From Salinispira sp. (GTDB lineage: Bacteria; Spirochaetota; Spirochaetia; DSM-27196; Salinispiraceae), in the NCBI GenBank assembly GCA_965602015.1, contig OZ271918.1:480001-544000 (forward strand): a stretch of DNA of 64,000 nucleotides, read 5' to 3'. Made by a program: the position numbers and the translations under genes. The notes under the pieces are model-generated. The model had not been told where the DNA came from and made no database searches. It worked only from the letters and a program-made list of their open reading frames with translations. This document shows positions 17,308 to 27,862 of this stretch, piece by piece. How positions within the stretch are numbered: the first letter of the stretch is position 1; each line of letters begins with the position of its first letter.

Positions 17308-20256
17308 CTATGCCTGTTGAAGGGCTTCCGCGTAGGCTTTGAGATTTTCAAGCAGCTGAGTCACGGACTTCCCGTCTCCCGCTTTGACCGCCTGTTCAAT
17401 TTGGCCGGCTATTTCAGCCAGGTCCGTACCGCCGAAATTTAACGCGCCGCCCCGTATACTGTGGGCGCCCCGATGAAGGGTTTTCATATCCTCTGCGAGG
17501 TTCGCATCTTCCATGATTCTTATCTGTTCGGGAAGTATTTTCAGGAAGCCCCGAAGCAGTCCGACAAAGTTTATCAAATCTCCGTCGAGTTCATCCAGCA
17601 AATTGCTTCTTTCGGCTTCTTTTTCTTGATCTGAACCACGAGTGTCGATGGGTACGGGGGTCACGGTCTTGGAGAGATCAATATAGGAGCCGGCGGGTAC
17701 CTGCCGGGATATGGCTTCAAGCAGTTCCCTTCGCCTGATTGGCTTGGAGACCAAATCCTGCATTCCCGCCTCGATGCAGCGCTCCCGATCGGAGGGGTAG
17801 GCGTTGGCACTCACCCCGATAATCGGACCGCGATAACCGAGGCGGCCGCGAATTATTTGGGCGGCCTCAAGCCCGTCGGTGTTAGGCATTTGAATATCCA
17901 TGAGAATAAGGTCGAAATGTCCGGATTCAACCGCATCGATCGCCTGGTTGCCGTCTTTCGCTTCGACAACTTCCCAGCCCGCAGCGCTGAGATGGCGGGT
18001 GGTGAGTTCCAGATTCACCGCGTAGTCCTCTGCTACCAGAGCTCTGGGCATATTGCTCCACCGGGGAACAATGGTCAAATCCTTGAATCCCGGGCTTTTT
18101 TCCCGTTCGGTATCCGGGCTGCTTGCCGAAGCCTTGGCCCAATCCGATGATCGTGCAGCTTCCAGGGGCAGATCGACGGTGAAGACCGACCCTTCGCCCT
18201 GCCGGCTTTCGAAGAATATTCTGCCCTGCATTTCATCGGTCAGCCGTTTTGCGATGGCGGTGCCTAATCCGGTGCCCCCAAACCGGCGGGAAGTCGAGCT
18301 GTCGGCCTGCTCGAAGCTTTCGAAGATCTTCTCTTGCTTCGATTCGGGGATGCCGATTCCAGTGTCTTTTACCGTAAATCTCAGGCCCGAATCGTCATTT
18401 TTCAATACGGAGAATTTCACAAAGCCGATTTCCGTAAACTTGAAGGCATTGGCGATGAGATTGTCGAGGATTTGACGTATCCTCAGGCTGTCTCCGACGT
18501 AGTACCGCGGCAGGCTGTCGTCGAACTCCGAAAAGTATCTCAAGTTCTGCCTTGCCGCCAGCATATTTGCCGTGAGATTAATCGATTGGAGCATTTCATG
18601 GAAATCGAAGACCCGGGGTTCCAGCTGCAACTTGCCCGCCTCGATTTTTGAGAAGTCCAAAATGAGGTTGATGATTTCCAAAAGCCGGACAGACTCTTTA
18701 TATATAAGATCGATGTACCCTTCGAGATCGGGATCGTGATTCTGCTGATGCAGGATTTCGGAGAAACCGAGAATACCGTTCAGGGGCGTGCGGATTTCAT
18801 GACTGATATTCGCAAGGAATTGGGATTTGGCTTCATTAGCCCTCTGACTCTCTGAGAGGGCGTCGGAAAGCTCGCGGGTCCGGGTTTCAACCTCCCTGGC
18901 AAGGTTGGCCCGTATGCTTTCCTGCTTCTTTAACAATCTTTTTAATCGCCCGGAAAGCTCAAGGCTGATTTCATAACCCCGGGACATTGTCCAATGAAGA
19001 TAAATGCTGTGGCCGGTAGTTATGAGGAGGAGAAAAAGCGCGCTTAATTCCCGGTTGTTTCCCGGGAGATTGGCGCCTACGCTGTCATTAACGACCGCGA
19101 TTGTCATCAAAAGCATGCCTATGAGCATGGTTCGGGCCTTGGGCGAGCCCGCTGCCGCCGCTTGGATCATCCTCCAACTGCTGTACAGAACCACCGCAAG
19201 GGCGAAAATTTGCGCCCCCGGCAGGGTTGTCTGGAAGATATATTTCGGCGCCGCAAGGGTGAGAAGGGTGAACAGCCCGCCGGTGATTTGAATAAACGGA
19301 GATACCGCCGGCCAGGGCTCTTCAAAAAACTCGACGGTTAAGTACTCATACCCGAAAACAACGGCGGCGTAAAAACAGATGTACGCTATCCGGTATGCCA
19401 AAACGTAGGGCAGCTGAGGGAACAGCACGCTCAACAGATGGTAGCCCACCGTTGAATGACGAAGGCCGAGGGCAAAGGCGAAAATACCCAGGAGAACATA
19501 GGAGGGAAACAGCGGCTTTACGGCAAAATTGACAATGAGAAAAACCGTAATGCTGAGCATGATCAGAACCAATACCCCATCGGCTGCCAGGGCGCGTATG
19601 AGCTGCCGCTCCACCATGCTGCTGAAGCCGATGAACATTTCCTCGCGAATCCAGGGGTCCTTGTCCTGGAAATTGGAGACCTCGAAGATCAGTTCGTAGC
19701 GTCCGTTTGCCGATTCCGGCAGCTGGACGATCCGGGGGCCGAAGCCCGCGCGGCTGGCGTCCCGGGTGGTGCCTGCGCGCCCGCCGGAGGCTGCAATCCT
19801 GCCATCAATGTACAGGCGCCAGGCGCTGTGGATAACCGGAAGCATCAACGAAAATCGTTCCCCGGCCAGGGCGTTTTGAATTTCGACCGGTATTTTCACG
19901 CTGGCATAGCCCGCCCGGGGTTGGATTTGAGAAATATCGTTGGCATTGGTCCAGCGCCCCGGCACCGAGATTTGCAGGGGATTGGTTCTGGGGTCGCCGC
20001 GGCTGACAATCAGCTTTTCCGGATAAAAGGCAAAGCGTCCTTTTAATGACCGGCTATCGCCGAAATCCCGGGCGACGTCGTACACAAAAACCGGGCCGCC
20101 GCCTGCTGGGCCGCCGCCCGCCGGGGTGCCGTCCGCCGGGTGCAGCACCTGGCTTCCAGGCGGCGGGGAGGCATCGGGCAGGGTCTGGGCGCTGGGCACG
20201 GAGCAGTGCAACAGAACAAGGCAGGCTGCACCCAGGTAACGCCGCCAACTCCGCAT
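17308..20256 (-). CDS. Hybrid sensor histidine kinase (7TM-DISM-like sensor, HisKA, HATPase, REC, Hpt)
   Basis: Signal peptide, sugar-binding-like ectodomain, ~7 TM, FLANISHEIRTPLNG, NAFKFT, DTGIG, GGTGLG, LMDIQMP, AHSIRG. Confidence 0.92.
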   Translation of the reverse strand: MRSWRRYLGAACLVLLHCSVPSAQTLPDASPPPGSQVLHPADGTPAGGGPAGGGPVFVYDVARDFGDSRSLKGRFAFYPEKLIVSRGDPRTNPLQISVPGRWTNANDISQIQPRAGYASVKIPVEIQNALAGERFSLMLPVIHSAWRLYIDGRIAASGGRAGTTRDASRAGFGPRIVQLPESANGRYELIFEVSNFQDKDPWIREEMFIGFSSMVERQLIRALAADGVLVLIMLSITVFLIVNFAVKPLFPSYVLLGIFAFALGLRHSTVGYHLLSVLFPQLPYVLAYRIAYICFYAAVVFGYEYLTVEFFEEPWPAVSPFIQITGGLFTLLTLAAPKYIFQTTLPGAQIFALAVVLYSSWRMIQAAAAGSPKARTMLIGMLLMTIAVVNDSVGANLPGNNRELSALFLLLITTGHSIYLHWTMSRGYEISLELSGRLKRLLKKQESIRANLAREVETRTRELSDALSESQRANEAKSQFLANISHEIRTPLNGILGFSEILHQQNHDPDLEGYIDLIYKESVRLLEIINLILDFSKIEAGKLQLEPRVFDFHEMLQSINLTANMLAARQNLRYFSEFDDSLPRYYVGDSLRIRQILDNLIANAFKFTEIGFVKFSVLKNDDSGLRFTVKDTGIGIPESKQEKIFESFEQADSSTSRRFGGTGLGTAIAKRLTDEMQGRIFFESRQGEGSVFTVDLPLEAARSSDWAKASASSPDTEREKSPGFKDLTIVPRWSNMPRALVAEDYAVNLELTTRHLSAAGWEVVEAKDGNQAIDAVESGHFDLILMDIQMPNTDGLEAAQIIRGRLGYRGPIIGVSANAYPSDRERCIEAGMQDLVSKPIRRRELLEAISRQVPAGSYIDLSKTVTPVPIDTRGSDQEKEAERSNLLDELDGDLINFVGLLRGFLKILPEQIRIMEDANLAEDMKTLHRGAHSIRGGALNFGGTDLAEIAGQIEQAVKAGDGKSVTQLLENLKAYAEALQQA

Positions 20257-20258
20257 GG

Positions 20259-21368
20259 TTATGAATCCTTGCGGGCCACCCTGAACAGTTCCAGCGGCTG
20301 GGATTTATTTTTCATTTCGTGAAACCCGAGGGATTCCAGGGGGAATCGGGATTCCACTTTTTTTGCGATGTTCGCCGGCAGCAAAATGCTTCCCGCCGGC
20401 GCCAGGTTCTCAATGCGGGCTGCGGTGTTGACCACATCTCCGATGACCGTAAAGTCCATGCGTCCGAGCTCGGGACTTCCGTAATTACCGCTCAGCATCT
20501 CTCCGGAGTTAATTCCCGCGGAAATTCCCGGATAGTTGAAGCCGGGGAAGATTTCCTTCTCTGACCAGTGTTTGAGGTTGTCCTGTATTTCGAGGATCGC
20601 TTCAATGGCCTGGTGAGCGTGATCTCCGTCGCGAAAGATCACCATTGCAGCGTCGCCGATGAATTTGTCGATGGTTCCGCCGTATTTCGTAATGGTTCTG
20701 GCGATTTCATCGAAGTAGGTGTTCAGAAGCTGGGCGATAAGGTCTGGCTGAAGTTCTTCGCTGAGACGGGTGAAGCCGCAAATGTCGATAAAACAGACCG
20801 TTGCCTCGACCCGTTCGCTGAACTGGGTGAAGCTGTCGGTTCCGCCGCTGTCTTCCAGGGCATCCTGGGCGGCTTTGAGGTCGTGGCTGAGCTTTTTCGC
20901 CGTATCGTTGAGTACGGTGAACACCGACGGATTCACGTACATCTTGAGGAGATTGTTCTCCTTGATGGTTCTCAGGCTTTCCTTGATGTCGCTGACAAAG
21001 CGCAGGGTTTTGTCCATTGTCGCCCGCAGATCGTCGAAATCGATGGGCTTGGTGATAAAATCGAAGGCTCCGCGGTTCATGGATGCCCGGATGTTCTCAA
21101 GATCGCCGTATGCGGAAATCATGATGGTTTTTACCACCGGATTTATCTCCTGCACATGGTTAAGCAGGGTCAGCCCGTCCATCCGGGGCATGTTTATATC
21201 GGTAATGACGATTTCGATGTCCCGGTGTTCCTTCAAGGTATCTATGGCTTCCTGCCCGTCGCGGGCGAATAGAAAGCTGTATTCCTCATTGCGGATTTCA
21301 CGACGGAACCGTTGACTGATGAGGCGCTCGACGCTTTCCTCGTCATCAACCACTAAGAATTTATGCAT
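20259..21368 (-). CDS. Response regulator receiver + class III adenylate cyclase
   Basis: VVDDE, TDINMP, KP; FIDICGFT, DKFIGDA, FTVIGDVVNTAARIE. Confidence 0.92.
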   Translation of the reverse strand: MHKFLVVDDEESVERLISQRFRREIRNEEYSFLFARDGQEAIDTLKEHRDIEIVITDINMPRMDGLTLLNHVQEINPVVKTIMISAYGDLENIRASMNRGAFDFITKPIDFDDLRATMDKTLRFVSDIKESLRTIKENNLLKMYVNPSVFTVLNDTAKKLSHDLKAAQDALEDSGGTDSFTQFSERVEATVCFIDICGFTRLSEELQPDLIAQLLNTYFDEIARTITKYGGTIDKFIGDAAMVIFRDGDHAHQAIEAILEIQDNLKHWSEKEIFPGFNYPGISAGINSGEMLSGNYGSPELGRMDFTVIGDVVNTAARIENLAPAGSILLPANIAKKVESRFPLESLGFHEMKNKSQPLELFRVARKDS

Positions 21369-21750
21369 CGCTGTCTTCCAGTTGAAGTATTTTTTTTAAA
21401 CTCAGGAAATCCAGGGGTTTGGGAATAAATCCGTTGGCCCCCAGCTCCGTGCTCTGCCGGGAATACTGCTCGTTCTCATAGGCGCTGATCATATAAATAG
21501 GAATTTCAGCGTCTATTTCCCGAAGTTTTCGCAGCAGTTCGAGACCGCTCATCCCCGGCATATTGATGTCTGATAATATCATAACCACCTTGGCATTTGA
21601 AGCGGTAAATATCTCCAATGCCTGGTCGCCGTCGGCGGCAAAGAGCAGCGAAAGCTTTCCGCTGCGAAGTTCCCTTCGGAACCGCTGCTGAAACAGCCGG
21701 ACGATTGCCGGCTCATCATCTACGACCAGAATTTCCATTGCGTGTTCCAT
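21361..21750 (-). CDS. Single-domain response regulator
   Basis: ILVVDDE, SDINMPGMSG, ISAY, KP. Confidence 0.92.
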   Translation of the reverse strand: MEHAMEILVVDDEPAIVRLFQQRFRRELRSGKLSLLFAADGDQALEIFTASNAKVVMILSDINMPGMSGLELLRKLREIDAEIPIYMISAYENEQYSRQSTELGANGFIPKPLDFLSLKKILQLEDSDA

Positions 21751-21759
21751 GCTTGTATC

Positions 21760-23223
21760 CTATTTAACCGAACGGACGGGAAGGGTGATAATAAACCGGG
21801 CGAACTCGCCTTCAATACTTTCGACTTCCATATGCCCGCCGTGCTCGTCCCGGATTATCTCGAAAGAAATGGACAGTCCCAAGCCCGTCCCCTTTCCCGT
21901 CGGTTTGGTGGTGAAAAACGGCGTAAATATTTTGTCCTGAATATCCTGGGGAATTCCCGAGCCGTTGTCTTCAATGGTGATTCGAACATGATCTTCGTCG
22001 GCCATTGCGGAGCTTATGGCCAGCCGTGGCAGGGCCTGGGGTTCTTCCCCTTCGATGTAGCGCTGATATGCGGAATAGAAACCGTTATTCATAAGGTTCA
22101 GCAGCACCCGGGACAGATCCGGACGGATCATGTCTATGTCGGGGAGGTTTTCCCCGGTGTTCAGGTCGATATCACAGCGGAAATTCTGATCCTGGGCCCG
22201 CATGCCGTGGAATGCAAGGTGGACGCACTCCTCTATGAGCACGTTGACGCTCTCGTGCGAGTAATTATTGCTCCCGCCGCGGGAGTGCATGAGCATATTT
22301 TTTACTATGCGGTCGCCCCGCTTGCCGTGCTCGTTGATATCCTTCATGTTTTTCTCGAGCTCATCCAGCAGGTATTCCACATCTTCCCGGTCATCATCGC
22401 TGAATGAGCCGACCACCTTCGCCAGGTGGCCCTTGAGCTCGTCCATCAGGTCTACCGACGATTCGCTGAAATTCGTTACGAAGTTCAGGGGGTTTTTTAT
22501 TTCATGGGCGATGCCCGCGGTCAGGGCGCCGAGGCTCGCCATTTTTTCCTGAACGATAATCTTCTTCTGAGCGGCCTGCAGGGCTTCCAGTGCGGCCTCG
22601 GCCTTTTGCTGCAGTTCGGTTGCCCTGTGCTTTTCGGATCTTTCGGTCTCCCGGCTTTCATGGAGGTTCTGCACCAGCCGTTCCAGCTGGAGGCGGTAGA
22701 AAACGATCATATAATTGAGGCCGATTATTGCCAGGGTAAAGAAGACCATCCGGTACTTTATGAGATTGTCCCCGTACATAATGACGAAGTATCCAATGAA
22801 CAGCAGGGCAGCCAGCGAGACGATTATTGAGACATACTTTGAAACCACGAAGCCCGCAAGGGCGATGAAGGTCACCGAAAGTACCAATGATGTGTAAATC
22901 TGGGTTTCAAATAGCTCGGGTTGATTGTAGACCCGCAAAATTTCGCTCAGGAAGGTGTACATGGCGGCATACATGACCATCCCGATGGCGTTATTTCTGT
23001 CAATTTTTCCGGAAGTTACCAAAATATAGCTGAGGATGAGAAGGGCGAGGGTAATGCTGTTGTTGACCACCGAAAGAAGCTGACCTGCTCTGGCGTCAAC
23101 CACGGTACCGAATAGGGCGCCGGCGCCGATTATGAGCAGCCCGCCGTAGTAAAGGATCGGGGATATTTCAAAGGCTTCCTGCAACAACATGGATTTATTT
23201 TTCGATGGCTTATTCATTGACAC
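21760..23223 (-). CDS. Membrane sensor histidine kinase (NtrB-like HisKA)
   Basis: ~6 TM; EKMASLGALTAGIAHEIKNPLNF, DNGSG, PFFTTK, GTGLGL. Confidence 0.92.
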   Translation of the reverse strand: MSMNKPSKNKSMLLQEAFEISPILYYGGLLIIGAGALFGTVVDARAGQLLSVVNNSITLALLILSYILVTSGKIDRNNAIGMVMYAAMYTFLSEILRVYNQPELFETQIYTSLVLSVTFIALAGFVVSKYVSIIVSLAALLFIGYFVIMYGDNLIKYRMVFFTLAIIGLNYMIVFYRLQLERLVQNLHESRETERSEKHRATELQQKAEAALEALQAAQKKIIVQEKMASLGALTAGIAHEIKNPLNFVTNFSESSVDLMDELKGHLAKVVGSFSDDDREDVEYLLDELEKNMKDINEHGKRGDRIVKNMLMHSRGGSNNYSHESVNVLIEECVHLAFHGMRAQDQNFRCDIDLNTGENLPDIDMIRPDLSRVLLNLMNNGFYSAYQRYIEGEEPQALPRLAISSAMADEDHVRITIEDNGSGIPQDIQDKIFTPFFTTKPTGKGTGLGLSISFEIIRDEHGGHMEVESIEGEFARFIITLPVRSVK

Positions 23224-23332
23224 TCCGGGGTGATTTGATAGCTTTCCGCCTCTGTATAGTCTCGGTCATGAACGCAAGAAAGTGAAGCCGCGGCCGAAAA
23301 AACCCCCAGGCCGACTAATGCTGTGACCGGTT

Positions 23333-24301
23333 TTAATAACCTTTTTCCGGGTCTATGGGATCCGGCGCCCTTCCTTCCAAAAGGGACTTCAAAAGTTCCC
23401 CGATGTGCTCCATCCGTAGCCTTTGCACTTCGGGGTTCGGCCACTCGCCCCCGATGTGCGGTGAGAGAACGACGTTGTCCAGTTCCCAAAACGGCTGCTC
23501 CGCCGGAAGGGTGTCACCCGAGCGGCCTTCCCCCCGGGGATACCGGTACCACACATCAAGGCCCGCGGCCTGAAGTTTTCCCCCCGCAAGGGACGCAAAA
23601 AGGGCCTTTTCGGAAAACACCCGGCCGCGGCCCACGTTCACCACAATGGCGCTCGATTTCATCAGCGAGAGCCGGCGGCTGTCCATGAGCTCTTCGGTCT
23701 CGGGGGTCAGCGGAAGGGTGTTGATAAGCACGTCGCACTCGGGGAGCAGATTATCGAGCTCGCTTATTGGGTGCACCTCTCTTCGGTCTCCGGCGCTCCT
23801 CCGCACCGCGGAAAACTCCATCCCCAGGGCCTTGAGCACCGGCTCGAGCTCCCGGGAAATAGCGCCGTACCCGAGCAGCAGGACTTTTTTACCCCGGAGA
23901 ATCGTCGTGGGCATGTGATAACTGCCGTCCCAGTCGCCGCTGCGCAATTGGCGGTCCCGCAGGGCAATAAGCCTGGCTGCCGCCAAAAGCAAACCGAGAG
24001 CCATTTCGGCTACCGGTACCGCATTGTGGTGGATATTGTACATGGGCAGCCAGGGACGCTGGCGGATCAGTTCGACGGTGGCTTTTGGCGGCCCCACCCA
24101 GGGAATAATCAAGCCCCTGAGCTCCCGGTGATCATCGAGAAACTCAGCCGATGGCCTGCCGGCCACCAAATAATCTACATCGCGAACCCCGGTCTTGGTG
24201 CCCGCCTCGTCTTCCCAACTGATTTTATGGGATTCGCCTATCAGCGACTGGAGAATTTTTACGTCGGTCTCGTCGAGTTTTGATTCAAAATGGATATTCA
24301 T
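23333..24301 (-). CDS. D-2-hydroxyacid dehydrogenase family protein
   Basis: VAEMA, LLGYGAI, LPLTPET, NVGRG, GLDVW, SPHIGG. Confidence 0.9.
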   Translation of the reverse strand: MNIHFESKLDETDVKILQSLIGESHKISWEDEAGTKTGVRDVDYLVAGRPSAEFLDDHRELRGLIIPWVGPPKATVELIRQRPWLPMYNIHHNAVPVAEMALGLLLAAARLIALRDRQLRSGDWDGSYHMPTTILRGKKVLLLGYGAISRELEPVLKALGMEFSAVRRSAGDRREVHPISELDNLLPECDVLINTLPLTPETEELMDSRRLSLMKSSAIVVNVGRGRVFSEKALFASLAGGKLQAAGLDVWYRYPRGEGRSGDTLPAEQPFWELDNVVLSPHIGGEWPNPEVQRLRMEHIGELLKSLLEGRAPDPIDPEKGY

Positions 24302-24393
24302 AGTTTCCCATTATAACAGTAGCTGCACAGGGTGATGGACGACGGCGGTAGTAAATATCTATCTTTCACTCAAAGAGAAAAAAGGAGAAATTT

Positions 24394-25560
24394 ATGAATA
24401 ATGGGCTGGTTAAGGCGGCTGTTTACGGAACTCTGGTTTCCGATGCCTCGGGCATGGGGCTGCACTGGATATATTCCCAGGGCAAAATTGCCTCGGTGGT
24501 AAAAAAACACGGGGGCGAGCCGGAGTTTTTCGAACCCGATGAAGAAAATTACCAGGGGGTGCCCTCATTTTTCGCCCATCCTACCCGGAGCGCCGGCGAC
24601 GGTTCGAACTACAGCGAGTATCTGTATATTCTTTTCAAGTCCATTAAAGACGGCGAGTTCTCAGTCGGCCGATACATCAGGAATTTTGCCGAGTATTTCG
24701 GGGTAGGTGGCGCGTACGTAGGGTACGCCGACGGACCCATGCGCGAGACGGTTTTTAACATTACGAACATGGCTAAGAACATAGATAAAAAGGTAAAGGG
24801 GCTCACATCGAGTCTGGATGAGAAAAAACTCGCCGCAGTTGCCCACTACATAAGCCGTTACTTCTTCGAGTATGAGCCCGACGAACTAAAATCCGTGGTA
24901 AAAGGACCCTTGAAACTCCAGGAGTTCAGCAAAGATGAGCTGGCAGAAGTTGATTCCCTGGTGGACCAGGTGGCGGATCTCGCCGGAAGCATCGGTCCCG
25001 ATGATGATCAAATGCCTGCCCTCAGCCGGTCTGCCCTATTACCCATGCTGTACTCCGGGAGTGAACTCGACTCCGTTGTGGAAAAAGCCGTGCGAATCAC
25101 CAACAATAATGACGATGCGGTGGCGTATTCTGTGTTTATGGCGCGAATTTTGGCAGAACTTTATGAACAGGGCAGCCCGGCAGCGGAAGATGTTTCGTCG
25201 GTCGTTCATACCCTGGTAAAAAAACATAGTGATGTGCTAAGCGACAAAGGCCGGGAGCTGATTACCAAGGCGCTTGAATATCCCGAACTTGACTACCGGG
25301 CTGCGACGAAATCATTCGGTGCGGCCTGTCATGTTCACATGGCAGTTCCCCTCTCCGTTCATATTTTGGCAAACACTTCGAGTTTTATCGAGGCGAACCG
25401 GGTCAACATATTGGCCAGCGGGGACAACTGCGGCCGGTCAATCTTTCTCGGCGCTATGGCGGGCGCTCTGTACGGCATAGGGGGAGATGCGGGCATCCCC
25501 CAGGAGTGGATTGACCGCACCCGAATGATTTCACGGATCAATGATTTCTCGGTGCTCTGA
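24394..25560 (+). CDS. ADP-ribosylglycohydrolase family protein (crystallin J1/SelJ-like type)
   Basis: SDASGMGLHWIY, AGDGSNY, Y.GYAD, DDDQ, NILASGDNCGRS..GAMAGA.YG..GIP.EW. Confidence 0.8.
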   Translation: MNNGLVKAAVYGTLVSDASGMGLHWIYSQGKIASVVKKHGGEPEFFEPDEENYQGVPSFFAHPTRSAGDGSNYSEYLYILFKSIKDGEFSVGRYIRNFAEYFGVGGAYVGYADGPMRETVFNITNMAKNIDKKVKGLTSSLDEKKLAAVAHYISRYFFEYEPDELKSVVKGPLKLQEFSKDELAEVDSLVDQVADLAGSIGPDDDQMPALSRSALLPMLYSGSELDSVVEKAVRITNNNDDAVAYSVFMARILAELYEQGSPAAEDVSSVVHTLVKKHSDVLSDKGRELITKALEYPELDYRAATKSFGAACHVHMAVPLSVHILANTSSFIEANRVNILASGDNCGRSIFLGAMAGALYGIGGDAGIPQEWIDRTRMISRINDFSVL

Positions 25561-25781
25561 GATAGCCGCGGAGTATGGCGCGGCTCTCGGCAATGCGCAC
25601 GCCGGAAGTATAGCGCGGCACCAGGCGCAGACCGCGCAGAGAATACCCCGGTTTATATTGAATAGTAATTCACTCAAATATGTTGCGGCGATCATGTTCC
25701 GGGGTTACACTGTCTGCCTTAAAAAATACACAGTAGCATAAGGCCGCAGGGGCCAACCCGGCGGCCGTTCAAGGAGAATCT

Positions 25782-27860
25782 ATGTCATTGGTGAACATCG
25801 GCTTGCTCGCATTGCTGGCCGGTTCAGTGTTGGCTCTGGGCTATGCCCTCAACCGAAGCCGATGGGTTTTTAAGCAGCCCGTCGAAAGTGAACGGCTGAT
25901 CCGCATCAGCGGATACGTTTCTGACGGCGCCATGGCCTTTCTTACCAGAGAGTTTTCCGTGCTTTTGCCCTTCGTCATCATCGTCGCGGTTTTTCTCGCG
26001 GTTTCAAACCGGGGAATTCTCCGTTTCCAGGCCCTCAGTTTTGTTCTCGGCGCCGGCGCCAGCGCACTGGCGGGTTTTATCGGCATGAAGGTCGCTACCG
26101 CTGCCAACAGCCGAACTACACACGCGGCCCGGGAAGGTATTAATCCAGCTCTCAAAGTAAGTTTTACCGGCGGAAGCATAATGGGCATGTCGGTGGTTGG
26201 CCTGGCCATGTCGGGCATCCTTATTATCCTCTTCGTCGCCGGGTTTTTTGTTGAGTTTTCCATTTCGAACTTCGCCGACAATATCCTGCAGATTGTGTCG
26301 GGATTCAGCCTGGGCGCCAGCTCAATGGCACTGTTTGCCAGGGTAGGCGGGGGTATTTTCACCAAAGCGGCTGATGTGGGAGCTGACCTGGTAGGAAAGG
26401 TCGAAGCCGGCATACCCGAGGACGACCACCGAAACCCCGCCACCATTGCCGACAACGTCGGGGACAATGTTGGAGACGTGGCCGGAATGGGAGCTGACCT
26501 TTTCGAATCCTACGTGGGTTCAATTGTCGGAGCCATGATTCTCGGCGCCGCTACCATCGGCAGCGATGTCATCCGATTCCGCCTGGCCATTTTTCCCCTG
26601 ATTCTCGCCTCCCTCGGGGTCCTTGCAAGCCTTATCGGCATACGCTTCGTCCGGATTCGAAAGGGCAAGAGCCCCCAGAAGGCGCTAAACACCGGAACCT
26701 TCGTGGCCGCCGCCGTGTCTGCGGTGTTTACCTTTATTGCCGCCTATTTCATGCTCGGTTCCAGCGGAGCGGAAACCGGTTTCGGATACATCCACATCTT
26801 TGTGTCCGCCGTATTGGGAATGGCAGCGGGAATCGGGCTCGGCCTGTTAACCGAGTACTACACCGGCACCGGAACCCGTCCGGTTAAGCAGATCGTCAAG
26901 GCCTGCGAAACCGGTCCGGCTACCACCCTGATAACCGGAATGGGCGTGGGAATGGCCTCGAGCTTCCTGCCCATCATCGTCATCGTCATCGCCATCATCC
27001 TGGGAAACCTCATGGCCGGTCTGTACGGAGTGGCCATCGCCGCCCTGGGCATGCTTATGACCCTGGGCATCCAGCTTGCCGTTGACGCCTACGGCCCCAT
27101 AGCGGACAACGCCGGCGGTCTGGCTGAAATGAGCGAGTTTCCCCCGGAAGTGCGGGAGGTCACCGACGAACTCGACGCAGTGGGTAATACCACCGCCGCC
27201 ATCGGAAAGGGTTTTGCCATCGGATCGGCGGCCCTCACCTCGGTAATCCTTTTCTCCGCATTCCAGAAGCAGGTGGGCCTTCCCCTGGATCAAATCCAGC
27301 TCCTGGACATTCCCGTGCTGACAGGACTTTTGCTCGGTGCGGTTATTCCCTACCTGTTCAGCTCCATGGCCATGAACGCCATTGGCGACGCGGCCTTCGC
27401 AATGATTGAAGAGGTTCGCCGGCAGTTCCGGGAAAAACCCGGAATACTCACCGAACAGGAAGAGCCGGATTATAAAAAATGCGTCGACATTTCAACCAGT
27501 TCGGCTTTGAAGAAAATGATCGTCCCCGGCGTCATCGCCACGGTAACGCCCCTGCTGGTGGGTTTTCTCGGCGGCGTGCAGATGCTCATGGGAGTGCTCA
27601 TAGGCGTAACCGCCAGCGGTGTGGTTCTGGCAATTTTCATGGCCAATTCCGGCGGCGCGTGGGATAATGCAAAGAAGATGATCGAGGCGGGAGACAGCCA
27701 CGGAAAGGGAAGTGATGCCCACAAGGCCGCAGTGGTCGGCGACACCGTCGGCGATCCCTTCAAAGATACCGCCGGCCCGAGTCTGAACATCCTGATCAAG
27801 CTTATGGCCGTGGTTTCCCTGGTCATCGCGCCAATACTAAAGAACTTCTGGGGGATTTGA
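25782..27860 (+). CDS. hppA: Membrane ion-translocating pyrophosphatase, K+-dependent, likely Na+-pumping
   Basis: [52 protein letters not shown] (Ala form indicates K+ dependence), [11 protein letters not shown]. Confidence 0.93.
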   Translation: MSLVNIGLLALLAGSVLALGYALNRSRWVFKQPVESERLIRISGYVSDGAMAFLTREFSVLLPFVIIVAVFLAVSNRGILRFQALSFVLGAGASALAGFIGMKVATAANSRTTHAAREGINPALKVSFTGGSIMGMSVVGLAMSGILIILFVAGFFVEFSISNFADNILQIVSGFSLGASSMALFARVGGGIFTKAADVGADLVGKVEAGIPEDDHRNPATIADNVGDNVGDVAGMGADLFESYVGSIVGAMILGAATIGSDVIRFRLAIFPLILASLGVLASLIGIRFVRIRKGKSPQKALNTGTFVAAAVSAVFTFIAAYFMLGSSGAETGFGYIHIFVSAVLGMAAGIGLGLLTEYYTGTGTRPVKQIVKACETGPATTLITGMGVGMASSFLPIIVIVIAIILGNLMAGLYGVAIAALGMLMTLGIQLAVDAYGPIADNAGGLAEMSEFPPEVREVTDELDAVGNTTAAIGKGFAIGSAALTSVILFSAFQKQVGLPLDQIQLLDIPVLTGLLLGAVIPYLFSSMAMNAIGDAAFAMIEEVRRQFREKPGILTEQEEPDYKKCVDISTSSALKKMIVPGVIATVTPLLVGFLGGVQMLMGVLIGVTASGVVLAIFMANSGGAWDNAKKMIEAGDSHGKGSDAHKAAVVGDTVGDPFKDTAGPSLNILIKLMAVVSLVIAPILKNFWGI

Positions 27861-27862
27861 GA

